A stretch of 63,995 nt of DNA, the filler included, from Basidiobolus ranarum (lineage: Eukaryota), in NCBI GenBank assembly GCA_040143965.1. It is 3 parts of 3 records of this genome, joined end to end, with 100 filler letters (N's around TTAATTAATTAA, not from the genome) between each part and the next. Parts side by side here need not be neighbours in the genome. Positions count along the whole stretch, not along the records: positions 23,536 to 46,945 come from JASJQH010007042.1; positions 47,046 to 63,995 come from JASJQH010007198.1; 1 more part is not named here. One strand, written 5' to 3'. Made by a program: the position numbers and the translations under genes. Positions 37,887 through 50,974 of this stretch are shown one piece after another. A model generated the notes under the pieces. That model was not told the DNA's origin. It was given only the letters and a program-made list of their open reading frames with translations, and did no database searches. Within the stretch, counting starts at the first letter, position 1. Every line of letters begins with the position of its first letter.

Positions 37887-39384
37887 AACACTTTCGGAAT
37901 TCAACGTTGACAATGCGTAAGATAGCCCCGAGTGAAGAGGTGCTTTTGTATAGGTCTAAAATAGTTCTTAGTGTATGTAAAGTCTAAGACAAATCCATAT
38001 GTTGAAGGAAACCGTAGAGGGAGCAATAGTGCTCAAAACTTGTGAACGAACCAAACGAAACCTCTCGAAAAAAAAGAAACATTTATATATCAAGTTGAAT
38101 GCATGAGATTAAAATCATGTAGTAGATAGTATAATAAATATAAAAGTCCCTTGATTTAGTAAAAATGTGATCGGTATTACTTACAGTATATCCAATCATA
38201 GCATCGTATCAGGAGGTCAGAAGAATGACATGATTTCCATACGCATCGACAAATCGCATCATCATTCTGATCCCACGCTGTCCGAATTCCAGAATCGTCG
38301 ACGGCTGTACTACTATTTAGATCGTGAGTGAGTGAGTGTGTGTATGTGTGTATATGTATGCGTATATTGAATGGCTTGCTATTGTAATGGGCAACCAAGA
38401 TTTGCACTGTTGTTTACCAAGAATATGGCCCAAACAACAAACAGTCGGCTATGAGGGTTAAGATTCTCGGCTTTCGGCCAGCTCTCTTTTGTTTGTTCTA
38501 TTGGCCGCTTCTATTTGCTGTCAGTGTCACATGCATTAGAGTTCGGTATAATCATGATGTAGATAGTGGCTGCTCGTCTCGGGTTGGTGGCCTAGCTTCC
38601 TATGAAATTGCGGAGCACTCCTTCAGCTTGGAGACGTTGGAAAGTATCCAATTATTTGCATATGGATCCGCCGCGGTCCTGAACAGTGAGAAAATACCTA
38701 GTGATTGGCTCAAAGAAAAGATATTAAGATACTGATTTGCTTATGGCCAGAAGTTTTATTTATGAAATGCCGGACCCAAAGCTACATGCAGTGTAGGCTT
38801 CCTTCCCTTCCGTTGAGGTTAACTTGGTGTAGTGTATGTATACATCAACTCAAAGAGAAACAAAGATATAAGCTTAAGCTCAATTAGTAGAGCAAAATTC
38901 TATCATTGGGTTGGGATACTCAACCAGAACCAAATTGTTCTTCGATAGAAGGCACCCTTTTATCATTGGTTGGTCAGAAAAAGCAACAATCACACCGCGG
39001 TAGTTGTCTTACTAATAGAAGTTGTCGCATGGTACATACACATGTATATATTAGGTCAATGATCTCTGTGGATTGTCATTGACATCGTGATGTTTGCTTA
39101 TCATGAGAAGACCTCTTTTTTTGTTAGCATATACTTTGTCTCATTTTGGAATAATATATATATGACCTTATTCGTGGATAGCATAGTCATTACTTGTTTC
39201 TTTTAACTTTCCCTACTTTACATCTCTTATCTGGTACCTTTTGATCTCACTACAAGGATATGCAATGATGAATTTATTTTTGTTGGCAAATATGGTAGCA
39301 ACAAGTAGATGGATTATGTCTTTCATTTATGTTCTCATCTTAGAAGGCAAAGTTGCAGATGGCCTTCCTTTCTCATTTTTTGGG

Positions 39385-39800
39385 CAGTACAACTGGCCTC
39401 CATTTTACTAGCACTCATATTTTCTGTTATAGGAATATTCCTCTACGGTATACCATTCAATCTATTTGCGACTCTAGACTCGGCGTATTCAGGCAAGAGA
39501 TAGAAATATCTTCGCGCGAAAAATGGAATCAGTTTTTCCTTGATTATATGCAGGAGTTTTAGCGATACAAGTTTCTTTCTCATCATTCCAACGAAGACGG
39601 TTTGGTGATTGAGTCTCGAAAACACTAGTAGGCAACAAGGGGTGCTCTGCGACATTTCATACTAAGGGGCAGTGAGATTGCATCTTGACTGAGATTACAC
39701 CCTCAGAACTTGATCAAGATAGTAGATAACTCAAGTGCGATTGTTCAATTTTGTCTTACTTTGTGTACTAGAGTTAATTGATTTGGATATGTTTAAGCTT
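39385..39800 (+). pseudogene. Possible decayed 5' end of a thiamine-regulated transporter gene hosting the riboswitch intron
   Basis: Hydrophobic remnant QLASILLALIFSVIGIFLYG and DTSFFL upstream of the intron, with stops and frameshifts; no continuing ORF downstream. The resemblance is weak. Confidence 0.25.
39632..39746 (+). ncRNA. Degenerate TPP (thiamine pyrophosphate) riboswitch-like aptamer inside an intron-like segment (GTAGGC 39628 .. TAG 39771)
   Basis: GGGGTG (39639-39644) can pair with CACCC; signature CTGAGATTACACCC (39689-39702) is followed by GAACTTGATC-AAG-ATAGTA (39706-39724); P1 AACAA/TTGTT. The 3' strand of P5/P4 (expected roughly CTT-GCG-NAAG) is not canonical. Confidence 0.6.
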
Positions 39801-40765
39801 ATCGGGTTTAGATTGGGTTAAGAATCATTTATCTTAAGTATATAACTGGGCACGTGACTAGATGATGATCTAGACTCACCTACATGACTTGACTCATCTT
39901 GCTTGGTACCATTCCACATGTTCTTTAATATCCATAAGTAAGGATGAACAGATCCACCAATTCCTATTAGAACCCGTGGACTTGTTTGAGCTCAGCTCCT
40001 ATAGACTATGCATTAATTTACATAGTCCGTGCACATGAAAACCCAGTACCAAAAAAGGAATGAAAAGAGGGTAAGGGTGCTAGCTACCAGTACCATTACC
40101 GCTACCTTAGACAATACCGATACCGCGACCAGATATACCGTAGATGTAACTTACCTTCCGATGGATCCTAGATGCAAGTGAATCAAAAAGGACCCAACGT
40201 TTAATTAACATTTCAGCCCTAAGTTTAATCTTTTCTACAATTTCGACTTACTCGAATTTACCCACACAATGACTCACATGGGTGTCACCAGTAAATGCCA
40301 GTGAAAAGTAAAATTGATTTGGGTTTAGCGTCAAATCTCTTGGTGACAGTTAGTGACCAATATAGTTTAGCCAAATGTCAATGATGAGTACTGTGTAATG
40401 TGACTTAGCAGCTGAGACCGAAACGTATCATCTCTAGTCCATTCAATTTGCTAGTTGAGAAACACACATGAGAGTATTTTGGGGGTTTATTTGAAGGATT
40501 TGGATAACGTGTTTTTGGTGTATTGAGGAGTTGTTAAGAAAAGATGGTGATTCTACTTACAGTTAAGAATAAGAAATAGAGCTTTAAACAATGGAAGTAA
40601 CTAAGTTTTGATGAGATTTATATAAAGGTGTATATCCAGAGAATGGTGTGAAGTCAAATTGCACATGTACATATGTTGGATTAGATTAAACTAAGGAGAA
40701 GACCCTAGCTCGCTAAGCTAGAAGTATGAGGGGAAGGCAAGGGAAAGGGAGGAAGAGGTGTAAGT

Positions 40766-43700
40766 TCATTCTATCTTCAACCACTTCTGGAGCATTTGAT
40801 TTAGTTCTCCAAGTTTAACCGGTTTAGCCAAAAAATCATTCATTCCAGAAGATATGCACTCATTCTGGGTACTTTCGATACAGCTAGCACTTAATGCAAC
40901 GATAGGTATGTCACAAGTTGGCGTATCAAATAGCTGTCGAACATTTCTGGTAGCCTCAAAACCATCTTTTATAGGCATAGCACAATCCATAAGAACTAAA
41001 GAAAATGTATCTCCCGGAGATTCTTTTAAAATATCAACCGCCTCTGCTCCATTTCTGGCTCCTATGGAACGATATCCAAGTCGTTTCAGTTGCCGATGGA
41101 CCACCTCCATATTGACAGGATTGTCTTCTACTACTAGAATCATGTATTTGCCGTTGATGTGTGTGATATTCTCATCAAAGTTCACTCTACTGCTTCTCTT
41201 GTTCGAATTCGTAGATATTTTTTTGATACCCTTGGATGGTGACGATTTCCGCGAGACTGTTTCGACCGGAGTGTTGTATGTAATAGGCGATAATACATCA
41301 GAGTTAAGAGATGTGGAGGATGGGAACTCAGTATATAGTGGTGGCTCTACTGACTGTTTTGGTTTCAGTTCCAAGAACTTCTTCTGGTAGAAATTAAGCA
41401 ATGCACAGGTTAACTTGAACTTGGTCACCGGCATCGACATTCCAACTACGGTTTCGTCAAAGTGACTAACAGCTGCTTGTGCCAAATGAAGAGACGATAA
41501 TGGGAATATAACCATAACATGTAGCGTTGGATCCAGAGCTTTGAGCTTGGACACATTGTCTGAGAGTGAGTTGACAGATTCGTTTCCTGTAACGTTTAGA
41601 AATACGCACTGAAAAGGATCGGATGAGGATTGCGTTTGTTTCAAGAGATCAAGTCCTTGGCTGTAAGTCTCGGCCTGAGCATGAGATCTGACTAAATCTT
41701 GAATCAACATAGCAATCGAAGTATCTTCAGCGTCACCAGCACATATCGTTAGGCATTTACGCGTATGTATAGCGTCTAAATATTTGCTTTCAATCACATG
41801 GTTGGGGTCTGCGGTAGTAAAGTGCCATGTAAACCAGAAAGAAGAGCCTTCACCAAGGGTAGACTCAACACCAATCTGGCCATCTCCAATTTCAACAAGC
41901 TCTTTGCAGATAGCCAATCCAAGACCTACCCCTTCGTACTTGCGAGTCATAGAGCCGTCGATCTGATGGAAAGAGCGAAAGAGGTGTTTGTTAATTGCTT
42001 CTTTAGCAATACCAATACCAGTATCGGTAACTTTAAACCGAAGAACAATTCTATTGGCATCTAGAATGCTAGATTCAGTTTGGGACTCTACTACTTCTAC
42101 AAGGACCGTGATTTGTCCTTGATCAGTGAATTTGAATGCGTTGCTCAGTAGATTCATGAGAACTTGTTGAACACGAGCTGAATCACCTATAACAGTATCG
42201 GGCACATTGGGCTGACAGCTGCATGTTAGCTTGAGATTCTTCTCTTCTTGTTGCTCAGAAAAGACGTCTATTGTAGATTGCAATAAAGCAGGAAGGTTAA
42301 AGTCCATAGGTTTAAGTTTGATTTTGCCTGCCTCCAGCTTAGCCATATCGAGAATATCATTGACCACTCGCAGTAGTACATCACTAGCGGTGAGCATAAT
42401 CTTCAGCATTTCCCTCTGCTCCAGTGTCAACTGAGTGTCTTCAAAAGCACTCACTAAACCAATGATGGCATTTAATGGTGTACGGATCTCTGCGATATAA
42501 GAACAACCAGTTAGATTCTGGGAAAGTTTTGTTTAGAAAAAGACAATTTACCGTGTGATGTGTTCGCGAGAATGACACTTTTGGCTCGATTCGCAGCATT
42601 GACCGCTTCAATCTGAATTTCTTGATTGATTTTCTCACTGACTAATTTGTCATGAGATAATGCTAAGCCAACTTGGGTAGCTATCTGTTCAATTAGTGCA
42701 TACTGTAATTCATTCCATAGAAGACCAGGTCTCTGACGCGCAGCCATCCAGCCCCAATGCTCATCATCCAAGATAATAGGGACACCAATAAAGTTACAAC
42801 CCTCACTGAAATCGGGAGGGAATAAGCCTGCCAAATCGACACTGCCACTAGTTACCTTTCGAAAGGCATCTACCATTTGGTCTGAGCTGTATTTAAATGT
42901 ACAATTCAAGAAAGGTCGAACCATTGAATCGGTGTGAAGCGCCTCCGCCTTGACTGTGAACTCATATTGGTTGACGTCGCTATGGCATATCAACAAACCA
43001 TCAGCATTTAACGCTGTTCTGACTTCATCAGCTGTCTCTTGCAGAATCCCTTCCATGCCAAACCTGGTCCGAATCTTTCCAGATATATTCAGCACCATCT
43101 GCTTAGATTCGGTTTGCAATTGTTGTTGAACTAGAAGATCCCGTCTCAATTTACTCAAATTAATGTTGGTACGTACACGAGCAAGCAACTCTTGTGCCGA
43201 GAATGGCTTGACGAGGTAGTCATCAGCACCTGCTTCTACACCCTCTGCAGAGGCCTCGGGACCCGCCCGGGCTGACAAAAAGATGATCGGAATTGTGGCA
43301 GTTTTGGGGTCCTCTCGACAGGCTTTCAACAGGCCTAATCCATCTAAATGTGGCATCATTACATCTGTATAAACTCCTATAGTTAGAACAAAATGTCGAA
43401 CAAAGTCAAAATATCTGTTACTTACCAGTAAGAATTAGATCTGGAATTCGAGAATTTAGTATTTCCAATGCCTCCAGCCCATTCACCGCTGGTAAAACTT
43501 CGAATTCATCCTCGAGTAAAGAGTAGATATAGCTTCGCATGTCGCAATTATCGTCAGCCAAAAGAATGCTTGATTTTTGTATCGTGGATAGATTTCCTGT
43601 TGAGGTAGTGCTACCAGTTGGGGAAACGACCTCTCTTTTAATAAGGGAAAGTTGAGATTGTACTTTCCCAGTGGTAGGGGCCCATTGCTGCATCTCGTCA

Positions 43701-45657
43701 ACGAAAAGATCAATGGTTCTTTTTGTTCTAAATTCGGGAATCATCTCAATATTCTTCAGCATATACTCTGGTAAGATATGAGAACTTCCTGTGGGAATTA
43801 GCACATTAAAAGTGGTTCCAACCGACTCTTCTGACTCTACGTTGATAACCCCCGAATGAAATTGAACCAACTCCTTGACAAGGGCGAGTCCTATGCCAGT
43901 GCCCTCGTAAGAACGCGCCTCTGCACTCCTTACACAATAAAAACGATTGAATAGATATTTGATGTCTTCTTTAGAAATACCTATTCCAGTATCTACCACT
44001 GACAAGTGAATGGCTTCCACGGCTTGGCCATTCGGTAATTCAAGGACACCGGGATGTAACCCAACAGTAACTGCACCGCTTTTAGTAAATTTGAAGGCGT
44101 TTGAAACCAGATTGAGGATTATCTTCTCCCACATATCTTGATCAACGTACACAGGTAATTCAGTGATAATATTTGGAATCTCCAAAACAAAGTCCACTTG
44201 TAGAGTTTCTGCAGTCGATTCAAAAGAAGCCACCAATTCACGAGTAAATTGGGAAATATGAGTTTGTTGAAAAGAAGCCATGCTCTTTCCTGCCTCGATT
44301 TTACTGAACTCAAGAAGAGTATTGACTAGTTTAAGTAAACGTTTAGAATTCCTTTGAACCATCAATATATCTCTTCTAACTTTCGAGGAAAGCGTTTTGT
44401 CAAGTAATACCTGCTCCAAGGGACTAAGGATTAATGTCAAAGGGGTTCGAAGTTCATGAGATATATTTTGGAAAAATGCAGTCTTGGAACTATTTAACTC
44501 TGCCAATCTTTCACTTTGATTCCTTTCCTCTTCGTAAGTGATCCCCGATTTAATTGCTGTGGTAACGTATGCGGCAAGGTGAGAAAAGAAATCTTGATAC
44601 TCCTCATCAAGAAGCCGGGAAGGATGCAATCCACATACCATCACTGCTGGAAAATGCTCCTCTGTTCCTCGAGAAATAAAAAGTGGAAGAAATACCGCCC
44701 TTGTATTGTCAGGGAGTCTGGTAAGCTCAGCCTCTCTGGAAGTAGCAACCTTCGTGACTGGCCAGTAATCTGGACACGCATCCGGGTGATCTGGGATATT
44801 TGCTAAATCTAAGGGGATGCAAGGATTCATCACACAATAGCTAGCATTCTCGCCAAAACTACTTGCAACTAGGTTCATGGTACCATTAGATTGATCGGGA
44901 TAGAATATCATCGACCAAGGTACATCAGCATCATTCTTTTTGAGTGCGGCTGTAACTAAATAGCAAGCCTCTAGGTGGCTTTGAGCTGAACGAGTGAGTT
45001 TACCAACTTCATTTAATGCATTCAGCTGTCTTTGGCCGATAAATTGTTGAGTCTGCTCATATGTTGTATTCAGTACACCAGCCACTTTTCCATTAGGATC
45101 AAAAATAGGTGAAAGTGAGAATCGAAACCAAGTTTCCTCTTCATAACCAGCTCGCTGTAATAATAGGAGATAATTCTCTAAATAGGTAGCTTCTCCAGTT
45201 TTAACGGTTCTTTGAATCATTGGCTCTATCAGATGCCAGATTTCGGCCCATACTTTATGTCCAGGCTCTCCGAAGGCTTGTGTAAAAAAGTTACTAAACA
45301 TTCAAATTTGAAAGGAGAAATAATGCCACTACCTTCGGGGTGCTTGTTCCCTAGTATCTGCGACCAAGCTTGGTTGTACACCAGCACATTGTCGTCACCA
45401 TAGTATACAGCCATTGGGAATGGAGAGTGAAGAATAAGGCTAAGAATCCATCTAAAACTTTCCGTCCAAGTTTCTTTTGGACCTAGAGAAGTTTTGGACC
45501 AATCCTTTAGCTCAACCAATTCAGAAACGGTAAGTTCGGAACTGTGCACCTGAGGAATATATTTCTCCACGTTGTTTTTATTGAACTTTAGGAAAGTCAT
45601 ATTGTTTGAAAAACTATACTCCTCTGAAGTATATTTAGAGGGTAAATTTTTCAACAT
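40766..45657 (-). CDS. Dual hybrid histidine kinase: PAS-like, GAF-like, HisKA, HATPase, REC, GAF, HisKA, HATPase, degenerate REC, REC
   Basis: H-boxes ISHELRTPL and TSH|EIRTPL; two N/G1/F/G2 sets (NLVSNAFKFT, DTGIGI, GTGIGL; NLLSNAFKFT, DTGIGI, GVGLGL); receivers LADDN..LT|DVMMP..KP and VVEDN..LMDCAMP..KP. Introns 45332-45277, 43425-43365 and 42551-42490. Confidence 0.95.
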
Positions 45658-46834
45658 TGACGTCAAAAAAAGTAGAGAACTTTAACTGTAAATTGGTTAT
45701 GTATTTTACGAAATAAAGTAGTTTCTCTAATATAAACTGCTGCTCTGTCGTAACAGAAGGTTTTACTATTTGAAAGGTTCTCACTATGAAAGGGAAATTG
45801 TTAAAGACAAATCGGTTACAAATATAATGGAAAAAAGGGAGTGCCAGCAACAATTGAAGAGGAAACAGAGATGATATAAAGAGATCGCTGATCTTCGGAG
45901 CATTGAAGTGATCAAATTTAGGAATGGGGAGGGAGTTGATGTTAACATGTGGTAATGAATAGGCGGTAACAACATTTCAGCGCGGGTAGCATACACCTGG
46001 TAACAATGATAATGAGCATGAATAACACGAATAGCACGAATAATCTAGGAAGGCCTGGGTTATTACAATCCTAACACCAGCTTGATTTGAGCAGCCACCA
46101 TCTGTACCAAATTAAAACTGAACTTCGATTCGAATAAAGATGAATATAAACTCCATACGATCGAAGATGAGTAGACAGAATCTCTTGTTGCAATTAGGGT
46201 TAGGGTTAACCAATTCAAGCTTAGTAAAGGTAGGACCAACACTGAAATCTTGATATGCGCAAAAACACAACAATAAGCCTTAGGGTTAGCCTATATAATA
46301 TATATATAATCTACACTAACAATAAATTAGTAATATAAAATCACATTATACGGTACGGTAACAACAATGTCAAATAGAAATCAATGAGCCCTTCTGAGTC
46401 TAGTCCGTCCTACACTACCTCCGCTAGGCCAAAATGTGATTTGTGACACTATGGATAACGTAAGCAAGACACGTGTGAAAGTGACTTTATAGATCGCCCA
46501 TCCCGATATAGACAAGGTAATTTACATCGAAATCAGCATCAGCCACTAGTATTTTCACTTCTCTTCATTAGAGTACGATTTAGTTTGATTAGTATGGCAA
46601 CTTCGAATACCTGCCTGTCTCTTAACATAGTTAGCTCACCCCTTTCTTCTCAACCATGTTTTACCTCAAGCTATGGGGGAAGGTAAGTTGCCGATGGTTA
46701 CCTTGGATTATCGTACATAACAACATACCTACACAGACGACGATTTCGATTTCGATTACAGATTTCTTGGATTGTACTACAATATACTACCATTTAGTAG
46801 AATGTCCAAGTATCCCATTTAACTACCATTTATC

Positions 46835-46927
46835 AGAATATCCCTTTGTTATTGGAATATAAGATAGAATATCCCTTTGTTATTGGAATATAAGATAGAA
46901 TATCCCTTTGTTATTGGAATGTAAGTT
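46835..46927. repeat. 31-bp minisatellite, 3 copies (AGAATATCCCTTTGTTATTGGAATATAAGAT)
   Basis: Copies at 46835, 46866 and 46897 (third diverges at its end), just before the second gap. Confidence 0.95.
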
Positions 46928-46945
46928 AAAATATCTCTTCACTGT

Positions 46946-47045
46946 NNNNNNNNNNNNNNNNNNNNNNNNNNNNNNNNNNNNNNNNNNNNTTAATTAATTA
47001 ANNNNNNNNNNNNNNNNNNNNNNNNNNNNNNNNNNNNNNNNNNNN
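46946..47045. other. Assembly gap: 100-nt placeholder with TTAATTAATTAA spacer
   Basis: Same artificial construct as 23436-23535. Confidence 0.97.
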
Positions 47046-50000
47046 GATGGGTGGCAGAATCAGAATGGACCATTCTCATAAATCAAGCCCGTTGTCTGCA
47101 CAAATTGACGAAAAGGAGAACCATTTTGATGGAAAGAATGGATTTTTACCGTATTATCAGGCCCTGGTACGCTCTATATCTCCCAATCTCTTATCTGTTT
47201 TAGAAAGACGCCGCTCAAAGCATTCCAACTCGAAGCATTATATCCGTGTTGCGACAATTTACGGTTGGATATCCTCTCCCCCCGATTCCCCTGTGAAAAA
47301 CACATCCAACTCTTTAAAAGGATCCACTTTAAAATCGACTCACTCCCTGCAAAGCTCGCCTGTTCCGAAAAATAAGTTGAGACGTTTGGGTTGGATTTTT
47401 GGCAATACCAGGTAAGAAATTCGGTAGCTCTATAAATATAATATTCAGTTGAAATTAGAACAACCACTAATTTTTATATCGCTAACTTTACAATTGTTGT
47501 AGACCAAAAGACGATTTAGAACTCGCTTCAGAAGTAGAATTCGGCTTGTGGGTAGATACTTTATTACCTGAGAAAATAGCACCTTTGACTAGTCTTTGTG
47601 ACAATTCCAGCACCCCAACAAAACTCAAAACTCAAACTTCCTCAAAAAAACTCTTTCTTTCAGGTTTTAAAAAAGATTTGAGTACGAAATGGGATTCGGA
47701 TTCGGAGCTTTCCAGATCTTCCACCAATGAGTCTATAGCCACTCCGACAGAGCATTCAATTAATGTAGATGACTTGAAATCACTACAACCTATGCTTCTT
47801 ATGCAAAAGGAGATTCCTTTTTGTGAGCCAGTTGAGCAAGTTGACCACGAAAATTCTGAAGTAGCCGAGCCACAAAAGATACAAAAAAACTTGAGTCAGA
47901 AAACAAATGACAAAAGCATGCCCGAACTCGAGGACGCCCCTATGTGGAAAGAAGATTCACCGGAACACGTAATTTACTCCATTAACAAGGCTAAAAGTTT
48001 CCTTTCTAAAAACGAAAAAGTTATTGTTGCTGGAACTATAGAAAAGCTAGTTGAAAAGCTCACAAGTGAAAGTGGTAATTTGGCATTTCGTTCTCTATTG
48101 AAAATACTTCATATTAACCGTTATCTTTACGAGAGTAGATTACGAATTTCTATCTGACTTTTTCATGACGTACCGTTCCTTTATGTCACCAGTTCAACTT
48201 TGTAAAACCTTGGGGGCACGTTTTAAATGGGCCATTAATAATGAAGAGAACGGGAAACTTATTCAAATTCGTACGTACTCAGCAATCCGGCATTGGCTTA
48301 CTTTTTACTTTGACTACGACTATGTACCTTCAAGAGCGCTGCGGTTTACTATGGTGAATCTTCTCAAGGACCTTCAGGATCAACCGCAGATTTTAGACTC
48401 TCAAGAAAGCCTAAAATATGTGACGGATCTTTATGAGTGTTACAAGCGGGAAAAGAAAAATTCGATGAAAAGGAACAACAGAAACTCTACATACGATCTT
48501 AGTGCAACGAAATCATTTACTTCGAATCTAGAGAATAAGATTACATCTAACTTACAGGTGAAGCTAAATACTACTGTCAAGAGTACTTCCTCCAACAGGA
48601 TCAAAAAAGTTTCGAAATCTTTTGAAAACTTGGAACAATCGTCTGTCAAAGCGATTTCATGTTCGAACGAAAAAGGAAGAGATGCTAGTTTATGGACCAT
48701 GAGAATGACCTGTGGATTAGCTAACCTCAAAGAGCGTTTACCTGAGGTCTACAACTCAATTGCATTGGGTGTTAATAGTGATTCTATAGAGGTGTATGAG
48801 AAATCAGAATTAGTAGAACGGACTTTCGCCGAGGATTTATCTCCGCTTCCCGATAGTCCAACACGACAAACTCTAGAAACGGGAGGATGCTCTCCGCGTC
48901 AATCGCAGCAGAATCTGAAATCTTTCATTCTCTCTTATTCAACAGAGACCATAGCCCAGCAATTCTGTATTATTGAGCAACGTTGTCTGTATGCTGTAGA
49001 GTGGCACGAGCTTATTGAAGTATTATGGAAAGATCGATCTGATGTTAATGCGATCAAAAGATGTAGCGGTGTCTTGGCACAGATAGATCGGTTCAACATG
49101 GTAAGTCAAAATAGATTTATTGTTGGGGAAAATCCTAATTAGACTAAGCTCTTCGAATGTTCAGATGTCACAGTGGGTCGCAACTGAGATTGTGACTTTG
49201 AAGTCAATAGAAGAAAGGGCTCGAGTAATCGAAAAGCTGATTCGTATAGCCATGGTAGTTATATGCTATCAATGTTTGCAGAAATTAACCGAAAGCTAAT
49301 CCAATTCCATTTCAAAAGAGGTGTTACCAGCATCGAAACTATAGTACCTTATTGCAGATGGTTTTAGGGCTCCAATCGTCCAACATCTCGCGATTGACCA
49401 GAACTTGGTCGAAAGTAGGCAGTCATGAGAAAAGAATGCTAGAAGAGCTGAAAGAATTCACCAGTCCCTGTAAGAACTGGAAGAACATACGTGAGGCTAT
49501 GCAGAAGGCCAGTGAAGATTACAAGTTTTTGGTTTGGAGCAAAGAGCCAGAGGAGCACCTATTGTCTAACTCTGATGGTCCAGTTGAAAATGAAAAGAAC
49601 GATTGTCAAATGGTTGGCGAGGCTTGTATTCCTTTTTTTGGTAAGTTTCCTTTGGGTATCTCAAGTGCTTAAAGCTATAGAATTCTAATCTCTTGGTTGG
49701 TTTAGGTTTGTTTCTTTCCGATTTGACCTACAATGCCGAGCTTCCGTCCAATGTTGAACGTGCTACGAAATCAAGTGATGCTACTACTGATTCAACCATG
49801 CCATCGCTTGGCCAGGATCAACCTAAACTCATTAATTTTAACAAACACAGAATAACAGGTTTGTGACAGTAACTTGAACTTGGGTAGAAAACCCTATTAA
49901 CCTTGCACTCTTTAGCCTCAATAATCAAGCGACTGCTTTCTTTTCAGTCATTGTGCCAGCGATATCCTTTTCGACCGGACGTCTCTGTATTCCCAAAATG

Positions 50001-50064
50001 CGTGTTTATAAGATACTTTGAGGATTCTGAAATTCGCCAGTTAAGTTTAGAGTGTGAAAAATAA
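47046..50064 (+). CDS. Lte1-like Ras-family GEF (REM + CDC25 domains); 5' end uncertain (possible first exon 46656-46682 before the gap)
   Basis: REM: VIVAGTIEKLVEKLT..|DYEFLSDFFMTYRSFMSP..RTYSAIRHWLTFYF. CDC25: SFILSYSTETIAQQFCIIE..DRFNM|MSQWVATEIV..RARVIEKLIRIA..HRNYSTLLQMVLGL..SRLTRTW..CIPFFG|LFLSDL..LINFNKHR. Stop TAA 50062-50064. Confidence 0.85.
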
Positions 50065-50974
50065 TATTGAATAGACTGAAGTACGCCATTGATAGCCATA
50101 ATCATCTTGGGTTTGGAAGGAATGGACACGGTACTTTTAGAGCATCAAGCATTCTATGCTTTGCAAATTGGAATCTTGCTTACTCGTAAAACCCTTCTAG
50201 CCTTTACACCTTGTATTAAGCAGAGACAACGAAACATTAGCATCACTACCATGGCTCACCCGCCAACTTTTAGAGTTTTATTTACCTTGCAACTATAGAT
50301 CCCCTTTGAGCTCCTCCAGTCAACACCATTTGATACTACAGGTGGGGACTATTTAATATGCACTTCATGTTCAATAGCTCATCGTCGCATTGGACGGCAC
50401 TCTATCGTTGATTGATTCAATAGGATATAGAGCCGGACCGTTCTCCTTTCCCTCCTAGTATAATACATAGCATGAGTACAAACATAAGATGTAAAAAGCA
50501 ATTCTTTATTTACGTGACTATGCAACAACTGAAATGCTCTTTAATATTATTGTATCTAATTTTGGATTGATTTAGTTCACTTTTACATTCCAGATATCAT
50601 TCTTTGCAGTTGAATAATCTTTTGAATATACTAGACTCTTAGAAATAAATTAGCTATTCTACCAGGTCAAGATTGAACCACTATGAACGAGTATATACCT
50701 GTGGGGCTATGCTTGACTTTATGCAAATAGTAAGGAGAGTATCTAACCCCAAAGCAATAACAATAGCAAAACCGCTTACTCTAACTTGACGACTCACCGA
50801 TGGCTTCTAGTGTGCATTATTCAGCTAGTGTGAAGAAAACTTTATAGAATGAACTCGATTGACTGGATGGTAGCTAAACGATGGGCTTTTATGGTATTAT
50901 GACTAGCATATTAAACTATAATGTGAGGATAATGGTACAAATATTTTTACCGAACTTTGCGAAGAACGTTATCC

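Noticed and set aside
40085-40141. Degenerate TACCNN hexamer run
   Set aside because: Low-complexity sequence with stops in the Gly-X frame; no supporting gene.
46835-46927. 31-bp repeats, and the 12580-12701 array, as a possible CRISPR
   Set aside because: Head-to-tail copies without unique spacers, no cas genes, eukaryotic context.
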